Source: Candidatus Nomurabacteria bacterium
GTDB taxonomy: Bacteria; Patescibacteriota; Patescibacteriia; HK-STAS-PATE-3
NCBI GenBank assembly: GCA_023898465.1
Contig: CP060223.1
Coordinates: 128,001-192,000 of the forward strand
Direction: 5' to 3'
Length of the DNA stretch: 64,000 bases
Each line of letters opens with the position of its first letter. The first letter of the stretch is position 1. The position numbers were made by a program, and so were the translations under genes. Below are positions 46,269 through 55,646 of the stretch, in pieces. The notes under the pieces were generated by a model. That model did not search any database, had not been told where the DNA came from, and saw nothing but the letters and a program-made list of their open reading frames with translations.

Positions 46269-47606
46269 ATGATAGATCTCGCAACGATTAATGCCAGTAC
46301 GATTGCTCAGCCGAAAACGCTGGAAGCAGTACGTGCAGAAGTCGATGATGTTGTCTCGCTAGGTGATGTATCGCGGGCAGGGGTTTTGTTATCGTATTTA
46401 CAGCGACAACTTCCCCAATCTCCAAATGATCCAATACGTAACAATTATCAAGAAATACTTCAATCGCTTGAACGGCTTGTTGGAGAGGCAAATCCCGCGG
46501 ATGATGCGCTCATTTCAGAAGAACGTACTCGTGTAGCAGTAAGAGATTCTTCGGGCAAGGTACAGCTCTTTAGTCATGGTCGCTTCCAGAGTCCAGAAGA
46601 GCAAAAACAGCAATTGCGCGAGCGTCCTTCCACTCCTCCGAGCTTCCGGAAGAGCATTGGAAATGTACAAAATAGTACTGAATCGCGAGCCGCGCAAAAG
46701 TCAGTCCCTGTTTCCTTTGATGTTCCGGAGGATGAAGAAGAGATTCGAGAGCATACCAATCGACTTTCCGGACTGCGTTTAAATGATCAGCATAATTATG
46801 AGGCAATGGTGGAGAGTATTATCTCCCATCATCATTTAGAGTTCCCAGATGAGCAGCTAGCGAAACGTTTCAGCACTATTGCAATCTCACGTTTGAAGGG
46901 TATTCGTGATGACAAAGAGGCAAAAGAAATCTTTACTCGTTCGCCAAAGGTCGGTGGCATGGGATTGGCGCCGGAATTAGCCGATGCGGTGCTGCAGTCT
47001 TTGGAGTCAGGCGCTGAAGTGCTTGATGAAAGCTTGCCTGAGGTGCATCCTCAACAGAAAGCGCACGTTCCGACGCCTACACCTCCAGCACCTTCGCGAG
47101 TGCTGCCACATCTAGCAAATCAGCCTACCAAGGTGATGGCGCATCAGGCTATCCCTACGCCGCCTCGTACGCAAACACCAGCAGCAACATCATCTGAGTC
47201 ACGCAAAGTACTTCCTAAGCGTCAAACAGTGCAGGCGAGCGGTCGTCCAACTTTAGACGATATTAAATCTCCTTCGCGTCGACTGGTTGGTCCGGTTGAG
47301 GAGTTGCAGCACCTAAGTCTAGAGGATTTTCGTAATTGGGGATCTACTCCAGCGGATAGTGTACGAAAAGTGTATGAGAAAATTGCCGTGCTTGGACAAG
47401 AATCATTTGGCAAACGCATTGAGGGTGTACAAGCCTGGCGTCAGAGTCCGGTGCATCAACTTTACTTATCCATTAGTCGTGAGAGTTTAGAAAAGGGGAC
47501 GGATGTGAGTAAAGTGATTAGTGAGCGGACGCAGCAAAATAAAGCCTCCTTGAGTGAGGCAGAGTTTCATGCGGTAGTTGATTTAAATACTAAGCTTCGT
47601 TTCTAA
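46269..47606 (+). CDS. hypothetical Pro-rich protein (445 aa), first gene of T4SS-like operon
   Basis: No TM segments. Central Pro/Thr-rich low-complexity region (PTPTPPAPSRVLP...PTPPRTQTPAATS). Its stop overlaps the next start (TAATG). Confidence 0.6.
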   Translation: MIDLATINASTIAQPKTLEAVRAEVDDVVSLGDVSRAGVLLSYLQRQLPQSPNDPIRNNYQEILQSLERLVGEANPADDALISEERTRVAVRDSSGKVQLFSHGRFQSPEEQKQQLRERPSTPPSFRKSIGNVQNSTESRAAQKSVPVSFDVPEDEEEIREHTNRLSGLRLNDQHNYEAMVESIISHHHLEFPDEQLAKRFSTIAISRLKGIRDDKEAKEIFTRSPKVGGMGLAPELADAVLQSLESGAEVLDESLPEVHPQQKAHVPTPTPPAPSRVLPHLANQPTKVMAHQAIPTPPRTQTPAATSSESRKVLPKRQTVQASGRPTLDDIKSPSRRLVGPVEELQHLSLEDFRNWGSTPADSVRKVYEKIAVLGQESFGKRIEGVQAWRQSPVHQLYLSISRESLEKGTDVSKVISERTQQNKASLSEAEFHAVVDLNTKLRF

Positions 47607-48118
47607 TGCAGTTTGTTGTACCTCAATTCATCGACGTAGAGGATAAAGTCATCGGGCCAATATCAGTGCGGCAGTTTATTCTGCTACTCGTTGGCGCTGG
47701 CATGATTTTCTTAGAGTACGAATTAATTTACCAGTTAAATAACAACATTTGGGTCTTTCTCTTTAGCGCAATTATTACTGGTTTGTTGGACATCGTTTTT
47801 GCCTTTGTGAAGGTGAACGGACGACCTTTTCATTTTTTTCTCCTCAACTTCTTAGTGACCATGCGTGATCCACGTTTACGTATCTGGAGTAAAGAAGTGA
47901 GCCTAAAGGATTTAAAGCGTGAACAGGCAAATGCAAATCCAGTTCAGACGGTAGTGGAGCCAACCAAAAAGTCGCTCACACCCTCAAAGTTGGCAATGCT
48001 TTCTTTGGTTGTTGATACTGGAGGAGCCTTTAAAGCTCCACAGAAGATTCGCGAGGGAAGTGTGAGCGTGAAGCGCGATGAGGCCCCCTCGTTAAGTGAT
48101 GATGAGTTTCGCAGTTAA
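47606..48118 (+). CDS. small membrane protein, VirB3/PrgI-like (putative)
   Basis: 170 aa. N-terminal TM hairpin (FILLLVGAGMIFLEY ... IWVFLFSAIITGLLDIVFAFV). It sits immediately upstream of the VirB4 ORFs, as VirB3-like proteins do in other T4SS operons. Confidence 0.5.
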   Translation: MQFVVPQFIDVEDKVIGPISVRQFILLLVGAGMIFLEYELIYQLNNNIWVFLFSAIITGLLDIVFAFVKVNGRPFHFFLLNFLVTMRDPRLRIWSKEVSLKDLKREQANANPVQTVVEPTKKSLTPSKLAMLSLVVDTGGAFKAPQKIREGSVSVKRDEAPSLSDDEFRS

Positions 48119-48127
48119 TATATTGTT

Positions 48128-48829
48128 ATGGCAGCAAAAAAAATTCAGGACAACAAAAAGAAGCGATCAGTAACGCCAACCCAGCGTTATATCGATATTC
48201 TTGAAGTGAAGGATGATATTGTCGTTCTAAAAGATGGCACGATTCGAGCTGTCCTTTTAGTATCCTCAATTAACTTTGCCCTGAAGTCAGAAGAAGAACA
48301 GAATGCGGTGATCGCCAGCTATACCCAGTTCTTAAACTCTTTAGACTTCTCTATTCAAATCGTTATCCAGTCTCGCCGTTTAAATATTGATGACTACCTC
48401 GAGCGATTAAAGCAGAGTGAGCGAGCGCAACGTAACGAGCTCCTCCGCATGCAGACAAGAGAGTATCGAGAGTATATTGCCGAGCTGATAGATATTGCCG
48501 ACTTAATGGCGAAGCGTTTCTACGTTGTTGTGCCATTTATGCCGCACTCTGATAAACCAAAACGTTTCTTCTCGCGCATACTTGAGGCAGTATCGCCATC
48601 GACAGTTATTCACCTTAAACAGCAGCAGTTTCTCACTTATCGCAGCGAACTTATGAAGCGGGTTGATTATGTTATTGATGGCTTGAGCGCAGCTGGCTTA
48701 AAGGCGGTTATGCTTGATACGCAGAGTTTAATTGAATTGTATTACAATACCTACAATCCAGAATCAGTTGGCCAGCAAAAGTTTGCTGATCTCTCAAAGG
48801 TAAATGTAGAAGGAGGCGGCAATGCCTGA
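48128..48829 (+). CDS. VirB4/TraC-like ATPase, N-terminal domain encoded as separate ORF
   Basis: 233 aa. The pattern IDILEVKDDIVVLKDGTIRAVLLVSSINFALKSEEEQNAVIASYTQFLNSLDFSIQIVIQS matches, by recollection, the conserved N-terminal region of Gram-positive-type VirB4 (TraE/PrgJ). It ends in ATGCCTGA, overlapping the downstream start by 8 nt. Confidence 0.65.
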   Translation: MAAKKIQDNKKKRSVTPTQRYIDILEVKDDIVVLKDGTIRAVLLVSSINFALKSEEEQNAVIASYTQFLNSLDFSIQIVIQSRRLNIDDYLERLKQSERAQRNELLRMQTREYREYIAELIDIADLMAKRFYVVVPFMPHSDKPKRFFSRILEAVSPSTVIHLKQQQFLTYRSELMKRVDYVIDGLSAAGLKAVMLDTQSLIELYYNTYNPESVGQQKFADLSKVNVEGGGNA

Positions 48830-50801
48830 TATTGATTTTTCCAAAGCAGCTGGCCAGACGCCTTCACCCTCGCCTTTACCAAAGTCAGAGCGGCAACGTC
48901 AGCAAGATGAGCGACTAGAGGCCGAGCAGGAGCGCGAACTACTTGAGGCTGAGCGGGTCTATCGAGCTGGAGTAGTTACTGTTCGCGATTTAATTGCTCC
49001 GGCGGCCATGAAAGTAGAGGCAGACTTCCTGCGATTGGGAAGTCAGTATGTCCGTACTCTCTTTGTTGTTTCATACCCGCGCTATATTACTGTTGGCTGG
49101 TTTGCGCCGATTATTAATTTCAATATCCCGCTAGATATCAGCATGTTCTTCTATCCGATTGAGTCAGCGGTTATTTTGAAGCAGTTGCGAAATAAGGTGG
49201 GTGTACTTGAAGCACAAATTATTTCCGATGCTGAGAAGGGCGCCCCGCGTGATCCAGTACGAGAGACAGCGCTTCGTGATATTGAAAAATTGCGAGATGA
49301 CTTAACGCAAGGTACAGAAAAGTTTTTTCAATTTGCGCTTTACGTAACCATTTACTCTTCGCGTAAAGACCACCTTGATTTACTGACAGAAAAGATCGAA
49401 TCAATTTTAGGAGGTCGATTAATTTACTCTAAGCGTGCCTTCTTCCAGGCTGAGCAAGGTTTCCACTCGACGCTTCCCCTAGGGAGTGATCAACTGCAGG
49501 TGACCTATAACATGAGTTCATCGCCGATTGCGTCGTCTTTCCCCTTCATTTCCTCTGATCTCACCTCAGATAATGGTATTCTCTACGGCATTAATCGCCA
49601 CAACAACAGCTTGATTCTCTTTGATCGTTTCAGCTTGCAGAACGCAAACTTTGTTGTCTTCGCCACGGCTGGAGCTGGTAAGAGCTACGCCATCAAGCTA
49701 GAGATTTTGCGTAGCTTAATGTTGGGCGCCGATGTCATCGTGGTAGATCCAGAAATGGAATATCGTCACTTATCTGATGCCGTTGGAGGGACCTACATTA
49801 ATATATCCCTGAATTCGGATTCAAAGATTAACCCCTTTGACCTACCGCGCCCGTCTCGCGAAGATGAAAAACCGGCTGATATTATTCGTTCCGCCGTTAT
49901 TACCTTAAAGTCTCTCATTCGTCTGATGTTGGGCGAGTTAAATCACGAAGAAGATTCTTTGATTGACCGGGCATTATTAGAGACGTACGCGAAGAAGGAT
50001 ATTACCCCAGATTCAGATTTGCAGAATATAGACCCGCCACTTATGAAGGATTTTGAAGAGGTCTTAGGCGATATGGTGGGAACAGAAGATCTCGTGCAGC
50101 GTTTGAAAAAATACACTGAAGGTACTTTTGCCGGCCTCTTTAACAGCGCTACAAATATTGAATTAAATAATCAGCTCGTAGTGTTCTCGGTACGTGATCT
50201 CGAGGATGAATTACGACCAATCGGAATTTCCACAATTGTCTCTTATATTTGGAATATTGTACGTTCTCAACTGAAGCGTCGCATCCTCGTGATTGATGAG
50301 GCGTGGTGGCTCATGCAACATGAGGACTCAGCTAAGTTTATTTATGCTTTAGTGAAGCGATGTCGTAAATATTATCTTGGAGTAACGACTATTACGCAGG
50401 ATGTGAATGACTTCTTGCGATCACCCTATGGCCAAGCGATTGTAAACAACTCCGCTTTACAGTTACTTATGAAGCAATCGCCAGCCGGTATTGATATCGT
50501 GCAGAAGACTTTCTTGCTCACTCAAGGTGAAAAGTATCTCTTACTTGAGTGTAATGTAGGTGAGGGTATTTTCTTCGCTGGAGCAAAACACGCGGCTATT
50601 AAAGTTGTAGCGAGTTATACCGAGGACCAAATTATTACCTCTGATCCACGCCAGCTCCTAGAGATCGAACAAGCTAAGGAAGAATTCGATGAAGCTTATG
50701 CGGCCGGTCAAACTGATTTGCCGCAAGATCAATTCGGCACAGCAAAAAATGAGCCACTCGAAGCAAAGCGTTCGCTAAGTGATACGGAGGGCTTAGGTTA
50801 G
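48822..50801 (+). CDS. VirB4/TrbE/CagE-like type IV secretion ATPase (C-terminal ATPase portion)
   Basis: 659 aa. Walker A FATAGAGKSY, Walker B ILVIDEAWWLM, and the conserved GVTTITQD motif. No TM segment, consistent with a VirB4 ATPase domain. Confidence 0.85.
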   Translation: MPDIDFSKAAGQTPSPSPLPKSERQRQQDERLEAEQERELLEAERVYRAGVVTVRDLIAPAAMKVEADFLRLGSQYVRTLFVVSYPRYITVGWFAPIINFNIPLDISMFFYPIESAVILKQLRNKVGVLEAQIISDAEKGAPRDPVRETALRDIEKLRDDLTQGTEKFFQFALYVTIYSSRKDHLDLLTEKIESILGGRLIYSKRAFFQAEQGFHSTLPLGSDQLQVTYNMSSSPIASSFPFISSDLTSDNGILYGINRHNNSLILFDRFSLQNANFVVFATAGAGKSYAIKLEILRSLMLGADVIVVDPEMEYRHLSDAVGGTYINISLNSDSKINPFDLPRPSREDEKPADIIRSAVITLKSLIRLMLGELNHEEDSLIDRALLETYAKKDITPDSDLQNIDPPLMKDFEEVLGDMVGTEDLVQRLKKYTEGTFAGLFNSATNIELNNQLVVFSVRDLEDELRPIGISTIVSYIWNIVRSQLKRRILVIDEAWWLMQHEDSAKFIYALVKRCRKYYLGVTTITQDVNDFLRSPYGQAIVNNSALQLLMKQSPAGIDIVQKTFLLTQGEKYLLLECNVGEGIFFAGAKHAAIKVVASYTEDQIITSDPRQLLEIEQAKEEFDEAYAAGQTDLPQDQFGTAKNEPLEAKRSLSDTEGLG

Positions 50802-50817
50802 CATTAACCTCAAATTT

Positions 50818-51396
50818 ATGCGTAGAATTTTTATCATCATCATCGCGCTTGTACTCTTGATTACCATTGCTGCCCTCATTCTCATCTGGATTGGTGGGGG
50901 AGACGCTTTTAATACCAACGAAAACACCAACACCACAACAAATACTAGCTTGCCGCTTGCAAATACAAATACCACAGTAAACAATAACGTGAATTCGAGT
51001 GTAGATGTTTCCCCTCAGAGCACCTTAATCGGTCAAGGGCGAAGTTTTGCCGAGCGATATGCCAGCTGGTCTCGAGCCGACTTTGATGAGTATATTAGTA
51101 GTCTCAGCGCCTGGATTACTCCTTCCTTCGCAACCGTGCTACAAACAGATAATGAAGCTCTTGATGCGGCAAAAACCGTTCAGTCGGTATCAAGTCGTGT
51201 ATTAACTAGCTCCTATAAGTCCTGGGAAGAGGATAGCTCAGCAAGTATTTCATTTGTGATGGATCGCACAGAACGACGCGACAATGAGCCAGATGCTCAC
51301 TATTATGAAACCTTGGTACTTGACTATACTTTCCTAAATGGAGAGTGGATGGTAAATGGAGCAAGTTGGCAGCCATCACGAGTCCAGCCTGAATAA
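50818..51396 (+). CDS. membrane-anchored hypothetical protein with Asn/Thr-rich linker
   Basis: N-terminal TM segment (IFIIIIALVLLITIAALILIWIG). An NTNENTNTTTNTS low-complexity linker is followed by a ~120 aa globular domain. Confidence 0.55.
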   Translation: MRRIFIIIIALVLLITIAALILIWIGGGDAFNTNENTNTTTNTSLPLANTNTTVNNNVNSSVDVSPQSTLIGQGRSFAERYASWSRADFDEYISSLSAWITPSFATVLQTDNEALDAAKTVQSVSSRVLTSSYKSWEEDSSASISFVMDRTERRDNEPDAHYYETLVLDYTFLNGEWMVNGASWQPSRVQPE

Positions 51397-51418
51397 TCAG
51401 AATCTTTGCAGTATTTTC

Positions 51419-52552
51419 ATGAGCTTTCGCTATAAAAAATTCGTTGTAGGAATGCTCACCGTTTTTCTCGGGTTTGGGGCGAGCTTTGTAGTCTCACCAG
51501 CTTCGGCACAGACAAGTTTACCCACCTGCTCATCAAGCGAGGTTTTAAATCAAATCGCTGATCACATGCAGCTCAATGTAGCGCTTCCAGGGATTACTAA
51601 CACAGTACAGTGCCTTTCGGAAACAGGTGACCAAGTAAAAACTATCCACGTTTTACAAGCAGAGTCAGGTCAGGAGCTTTCTACGTTTGTGAGAGGCTTC
51701 TATGTGTACTTTGTCTGGATTGTTGGTATTTTAGCAGTCGTGATGACTATGTACGCTGGCATTCAATGGTTAACTGCTGCTGGCAATACTTCACGGATTG
51801 AGAATGCTAAATCTACGATGAATGGTGCGCTTATCGGACTTGTATTGACGCTTACTTCATATGTTATTTTACAGGCAATTAATCCTGATTTAGTGACATT
51901 ACGAGTGCCTTTTGTTGAGCCGGTTGAAACAAGTGTTATTTCTGGGACATTTTGTCCACCAGCCCAGCAGACACAAGCTGAAAATTCAGGTCTGGTGTGC
52001 GGCGAACAACTCAAGTACTCGGATGCAAATGGTGCTGAGCACTTTTGTTTAAGTAGCGCCTGTCGAGCTGCTGATGGGGGAACTGATTGTCTGCCTTGCA
52101 CAGGGGACGGTGTTCCGTACGTGTTTTGTAAGGATCGTGGATACACCTGCGGTTACTACGACTCATTTATTTCAGTGGGGGCTACCATTACTAACTTAGT
52201 GCCAGATAAAGAACTAAAGTCGTTGAAGTTATATCGTACTAACCCAAATGCGCTTGAGGATGATAATGAATTACCATGGAAGCTTGTCAAAGAGTTTAAT
52301 GCAGATCAATTAACCGAAGGCGCGGTGCTGGAATTTACGAGCGATGATTCAGTCCCCCTTATCCAGTTTAAGTTTTCTGCGACATTCCGTGAAAGTTTTT
52401 GGAGTAATCGAGATTGTGACGCAGTAAATCCCGATGGATCAGTAAAACAACTATGGTTTGAATTACCCTATGCGCCTGGGTCAGTTGTTCACCAAGATTT
52501 TACTTTTGATATTCAAGGCATTTACAATAACAGCGAAGGCTGTATTGGTTAA
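51419..52552 (+). CDS. secreted protein with VirB2/TrbC-like pilin hairpin and Cys-rich C-terminal domain (putative T4SS pilin-like)
   Basis: Start moved to the ATG at 51419 (MSFRYKKFVVGMLTVFLGFGASFVVSPASA signal peptide). The conserved segment FYVYFVWIVGILAVVMTMYAGIQWLTAAGNTSRIENAKSTMNGALIGLVLTLTSYVILQAINP forms two TM helices with a loop, a VirB2-like topology. It is about 90% identical to the corresponding segment of 54446..55636. Confidence 0.6.
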   Translation: MSFRYKKFVVGMLTVFLGFGASFVVSPASAQTSLPTCSSSEVLNQIADHMQLNVALPGITNTVQCLSETGDQVKTIHVLQAESGQELSTFVRGFYVYFVWIVGILAVVMTMYAGIQWLTAAGNTSRIENAKSTMNGALIGLVLTLTSYVILQAINPDLVTLRVPFVEPVETSVISGTFCPPAQQTQAENSGLVCGEQLKYSDANGAEHFCLSSACRAADGGTDCLPCTGDGVPYVFCKDRGYTCGYYDSFISVGATITNLVPDKELKSLKLYRTNPNALEDDNELPWKLVKEFNADQLTEGAVLEFTSDDSVPLIQFKFSATFRESFWSNRDCDAVNPDGSVKQLWFELPYAPGSVVHQDFTFDIQGIYNNSEGCIG

Positions 52553-52563
52553 TCACTATTCAT

Positions 52564-53814
52564 ATGGAATTACCCTCACTTTCACGAAATCGAGTACTAG
52601 CTATTTTTGGCTTCTTGGTCGTACTCTTCATTCTTGGCTTCTTGCTTTTCTGGGCTTTTTTCCGCACCGATACCGCCGTAAATGGTAATACCAACACTAC
52701 CTCAAATGGTCGTTTACCAAACACCAATGATGGAGTGAATCGATCAACTACAAATACAAATAGCGTGAGTGTTTTACCGATCACTAATACACAGATAGAG
52801 GTGCCAAGCGCCACTGCCGATGGCGGGAAAACCATTGCGCAATCTTTAGTTGACACCCCTTCGGCAAATATTGCCTTAGCCGGAAATGGTGTTGATCTGA
52901 TTTATTACGAGGAGCTGAGTGGGAAATTCTATCAGCTTGATAGAAATGGCGTGGAGCGAAAAGTATTGAACGACACTACTTTTAAAGGAGTCTCGGATGT
53001 AGCCTGGTCACCAAACCGACAACGTGCCGTGCTTACTTTCAAAGACGGTGCAAATATTGTGTATGATTTTTCCAAGCAGCAGCAGATATCACTACCAACC
53101 GAGCTGCAAGAATTTTCCTTTTCACCTGATTCCGCGCAAATTGCCGCAAAGTTTATTGGTCCGACAAAGGATGATAATTGGCTGGCCGTCGTAGATGTAA
53201 ATGGGGGAAACGTGCAGGTTGTTGAGCCTTTGCGGGATAAGGAAAATCAAGTGCAGGTAAACTGGTCTCCAAACTCGCAAATTGTCGCCACCTATCAGCA
53301 GTCAATTGATAGTGAACGTCAAGAAATTGTTCCTCTAGGTATCCAAGGCGAGAATTTTAAATCCTTCGAAGTTGAGGGGAGGGGTTTTGAAGGAAAGTGG
53401 GACCAAAGTGGAAATAGGCTTCTTTATAGCGTTTACAGTTCATCATCCTCAATGAATCCAGAGTTGTATATTGTGCAGGCGAGGGGCGATGCAATTGGTG
53501 AAAGTAATACACGACTAAATCTGCAAACCTGGCCAGATAAGTGTGCCTTTACCTCGAGTGCTACTAAGGTATATTGTGCGGTTCCGCAGGGTCTAGAAAG
53601 TGGTAGTGGTCTCTATCCAGAGCTAGCAAATAGCGTGCCATATCAATTTTATGAGATTAATCTCAGCACGGGTGTACAGCAGCTGATCGCGACGCCTACT
53701 AATACAACAGGTGAAACAAGGTACTCGGTGGGTAATGTATATTTGTCAGGCGCTGAGGATCAAATCTATTTCACTGATCAGGATGGTAAGATTCGTACAA
53801 TTAAGTTGCGATGA
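52564..53814 (+). CDS. membrane-anchored beta-propeller (TolB/PD40-like) protein
   Basis: TM anchor, then an Asn/Thr-rich linker, then repeated WSPN motifs (VAWSPNRQRAVLTF; VNWSPNSQIVATY) typical of PD40/TolB-like beta-propeller blades. Confidence 0.6.
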   Translation: MELPSLSRNRVLAIFGFLVVLFILGFLLFWAFFRTDTAVNGNTNTTSNGRLPNTNDGVNRSTTNTNSVSVLPITNTQIEVPSATADGGKTIAQSLVDTPSANIALAGNGVDLIYYEELSGKFYQLDRNGVERKVLNDTTFKGVSDVAWSPNRQRAVLTFKDGANIVYDFSKQQQISLPTELQEFSFSPDSAQIAAKFIGPTKDDNWLAVVDVNGGNVQVVEPLRDKENQVQVNWSPNSQIVATYQQSIDSERQEIVPLGIQGENFKSFEVEGRGFEGKWDQSGNRLLYSVYSSSSSMNPELYIVQARGDAIGESNTRLNLQTWPDKCAFTSSATKVYCAVPQGLESGSGLYPELANSVPYQFYEINLSTGVQQLIATPTNTTGETRYSVGNVYLSGAEDQIYFTDQDGKIRTIKLR

Positions 53815-54449
53815 TGGAGAATAAGAAGCATAATTGGCTCTTACCTTTATTAGTAGCGCTTGCTGCCATAGTCCTGATTGGGTTTACCTGGTGGACTATT
53901 AGCATCCCAACTACGCCGAATCTTTCCACGCGTTTCCCAACTGTACATTTAACTGATCCGGTTCGCGGCGGACAAGATGCGCAGGTGACTATTGTTGAGT
54001 ATAGCGACTTCCAATGTGAATTTTGTCAGACTTGGCATACGGTTGCTCAGCAGATACTAGATAAATATGGCGACAAGGTAAGATTGGTATGGAAAGACTT
54101 TCCCTTAACCGATCTACACCCAGAGGCAAAAGCAGCCGCAGAAGCAGCGCGTTGTGCTCAGCAGCAATTTGCTTTTTGGGAATACCACGATCAACTTTTT
54201 GCACGTCAGAGCGAGTTAGGCACAGCGCTTTATACTGATATTGCCCAAGACCTTGGCCTAGATGCACAAGCCTTTACTCGTTGCCGAGGTTCAGGTGATG
54301 CAGACACTTTCATTACGCAGAGTCAGCAGGAAGGCGTGACCCTTGGGGTAAGTGGCACGCCAACCATCTACGTTGGTCAATACATTTTCAAAGAAGCGCC
54401 AAGTTTTTCTACGGTTGATTCACTTGTTTCTTCATTACTGTCTGAATGA
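53811..54449 (+). CDS. DsbA-family thiol:disulfide oxidoreductase
   Basis: TM anchor and a CxxC active site (FQCEFCQTWH) in a thioredoxin fold. Overlaps the upstream gene by 4 nt. Confidence 0.8.
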   Translation: MMENKKHNWLLPLLVALAAIVLIGFTWWTISIPTTPNLSTRFPTVHLTDPVRGGQDAQVTIVEYSDFQCEFCQTWHTVAQQILDKYGDKVRLVWKDFPLTDLHPEAKAAAEAARCAQQQFAFWEYHDQLFARQSELGTALYTDIAQDLGLDAQAFTRCRGSGDADTFITQSQQEGVTLGVSGTPTIYVGQYIFKEAPSFSTVDSLVSSLLSE

Positions 54450-55636
54450 AGCGAAGGGATCTTTTCTTTATCTTACTCGTGGGAATTGTTGGGGGAGCTT
54501 TTTTCTCTTTGCAGACGCCGACAGCCCAGGCTTCAGAATGTTGTTGTGTAGAAATTGAAGTAGTGGGAGGAGCACCGATACAGGACTGTAAGGTGTTGGA
54601 TGAATGTGCCTTACCTTATTTACCAACAGATCTTGACCCACTCCAATGTGCAGGTGTAAACACAGATATTGAGTCAAGCACTACAAGTGATCCGATTTAT
54701 TTTACGCCTAACGCACCTATCCCAGGAGTTTTTGAAGGACCACAAGAAGTAGACGGCACACTACTGAGTCGCTACATTCGCTCTTTCTATATTTATTTTG
54801 TTTGGATTGTTGGTATCTTAGCAGTAGTGATGACAATGTACGCTGGCATCCAATGGTTAACCGCGGCCGGTAATACTTCGCAAATAGAGAATGCTAAATC
54901 CACCATGAACGGAGCCCTGGTTGGTTTAGTGTTAACGCTGACCTCGTATATTATTTTACAGGCGATTAATCCAGCACTTGTGACGCTTCAAGACCTCTCT
55001 ATCTTTTCAGTTCCAAGTCAGTTGATAGGAGAAAAAGGAGAATCAAGTGCGCGGGGTGATACCGCCGCAGGTTTACCAGAATCAATACAGGATTTAAGTG
55101 GAGTGAGTAATGTCACCAAGTGGGACGACCTGATTCGAACGATAAGTAATGAGAATAACGTCAATCCATATTATGTGAAAGCAATCATGATGATTGAGTC
55201 GCGCGGAAATGCAAACGCGATTTCACCCGTTGGCGCATGCGGATTGATGCAGGTAATGCCGGCAAATGCGAATGGCGTATGCCTGGTCGGTGAAGCACGA
55301 GCAGAGGAGAATATTCGAGCTGGTGTAAATCTCATTGCTCGACTCATTCGAAATACCTGTCCGAGCTCAGCTAGTCTAAAAAGTGGTAAAACTGTGGAGT
55401 GTAATCCACAACAGACAAATTGCTATAACGGCAGCTGGCATTATGTGATTGCGGCATATAATGGAGGAGTGGGGGCTAATTGCTCCTCACAGACTTGTGC
55501 GCCGGCTGGACCAGGCTTAAAAGGTCAGACGTGGTGGGAATGCACAGATAATGGTGGCTTTGCGGAAACTAGAAATTATGTAAAATCGGTAGAAAAGATG
55601 TATACTATTGTGCAAGGTTGGGGGGGTCTGAACTAA
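54446..55636 (+). CDS. fusion protein: VirB2-like pilin hairpin + lytic transglycosylase (SLT/VirB1-like) domain
   Basis: Signal peptide. The conserved hairpin FYIYFVWIVGILAVVMTMYAGIQWLTAAGNTSQIENAKSTMNGALVGLVLTLTSYIILQAINP is shared with the paralog at 51419..52552. The C-terminal SLT motif is VKAIMMIESRGNANAISPVGACGLMQVMP. Confidence 0.8.
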   Translation: MKRRDLFFILLVGIVGGAFFSLQTPTAQASECCCVEIEVVGGAPIQDCKVLDECALPYLPTDLDPLQCAGVNTDIESSTTSDPIYFTPNAPIPGVFEGPQEVDGTLLSRYIRSFYIYFVWIVGILAVVMTMYAGIQWLTAAGNTSQIENAKSTMNGALVGLVLTLTSYIILQAINPALVTLQDLSIFSVPSQLIGEKGESSARGDTAAGLPESIQDLSGVSNVTKWDDLIRTISNENNVNPYYVKAIMMIESRGNANAISPVGACGLMQVMPANANGVCLVGEARAEENIRAGVNLIARLIRNTCPSSASLKSGKTVECNPQQTNCYNGSWHYVIAAYNGGVGANCSSQTCAPAGPGLKGQTWWECTDNGGFAETRNYVKSVEKMYTIVQGWGGLN

Positions 55637-55646
55637 GAATTTTTGC

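Noticed and set aside
24887-55636. Conjugative element (ICE/plasmid) interpretation of the T4SS-like region
   Set aside because: There is no relaxase, no VirD4-type coupling protein, no oriT-like nicking-site repeats, and no integrase or replication genes. The flanking genes are core housekeeping genes (rsmA, radA) with continuous composition. A chromosomal, non-conjugative system is more likely.
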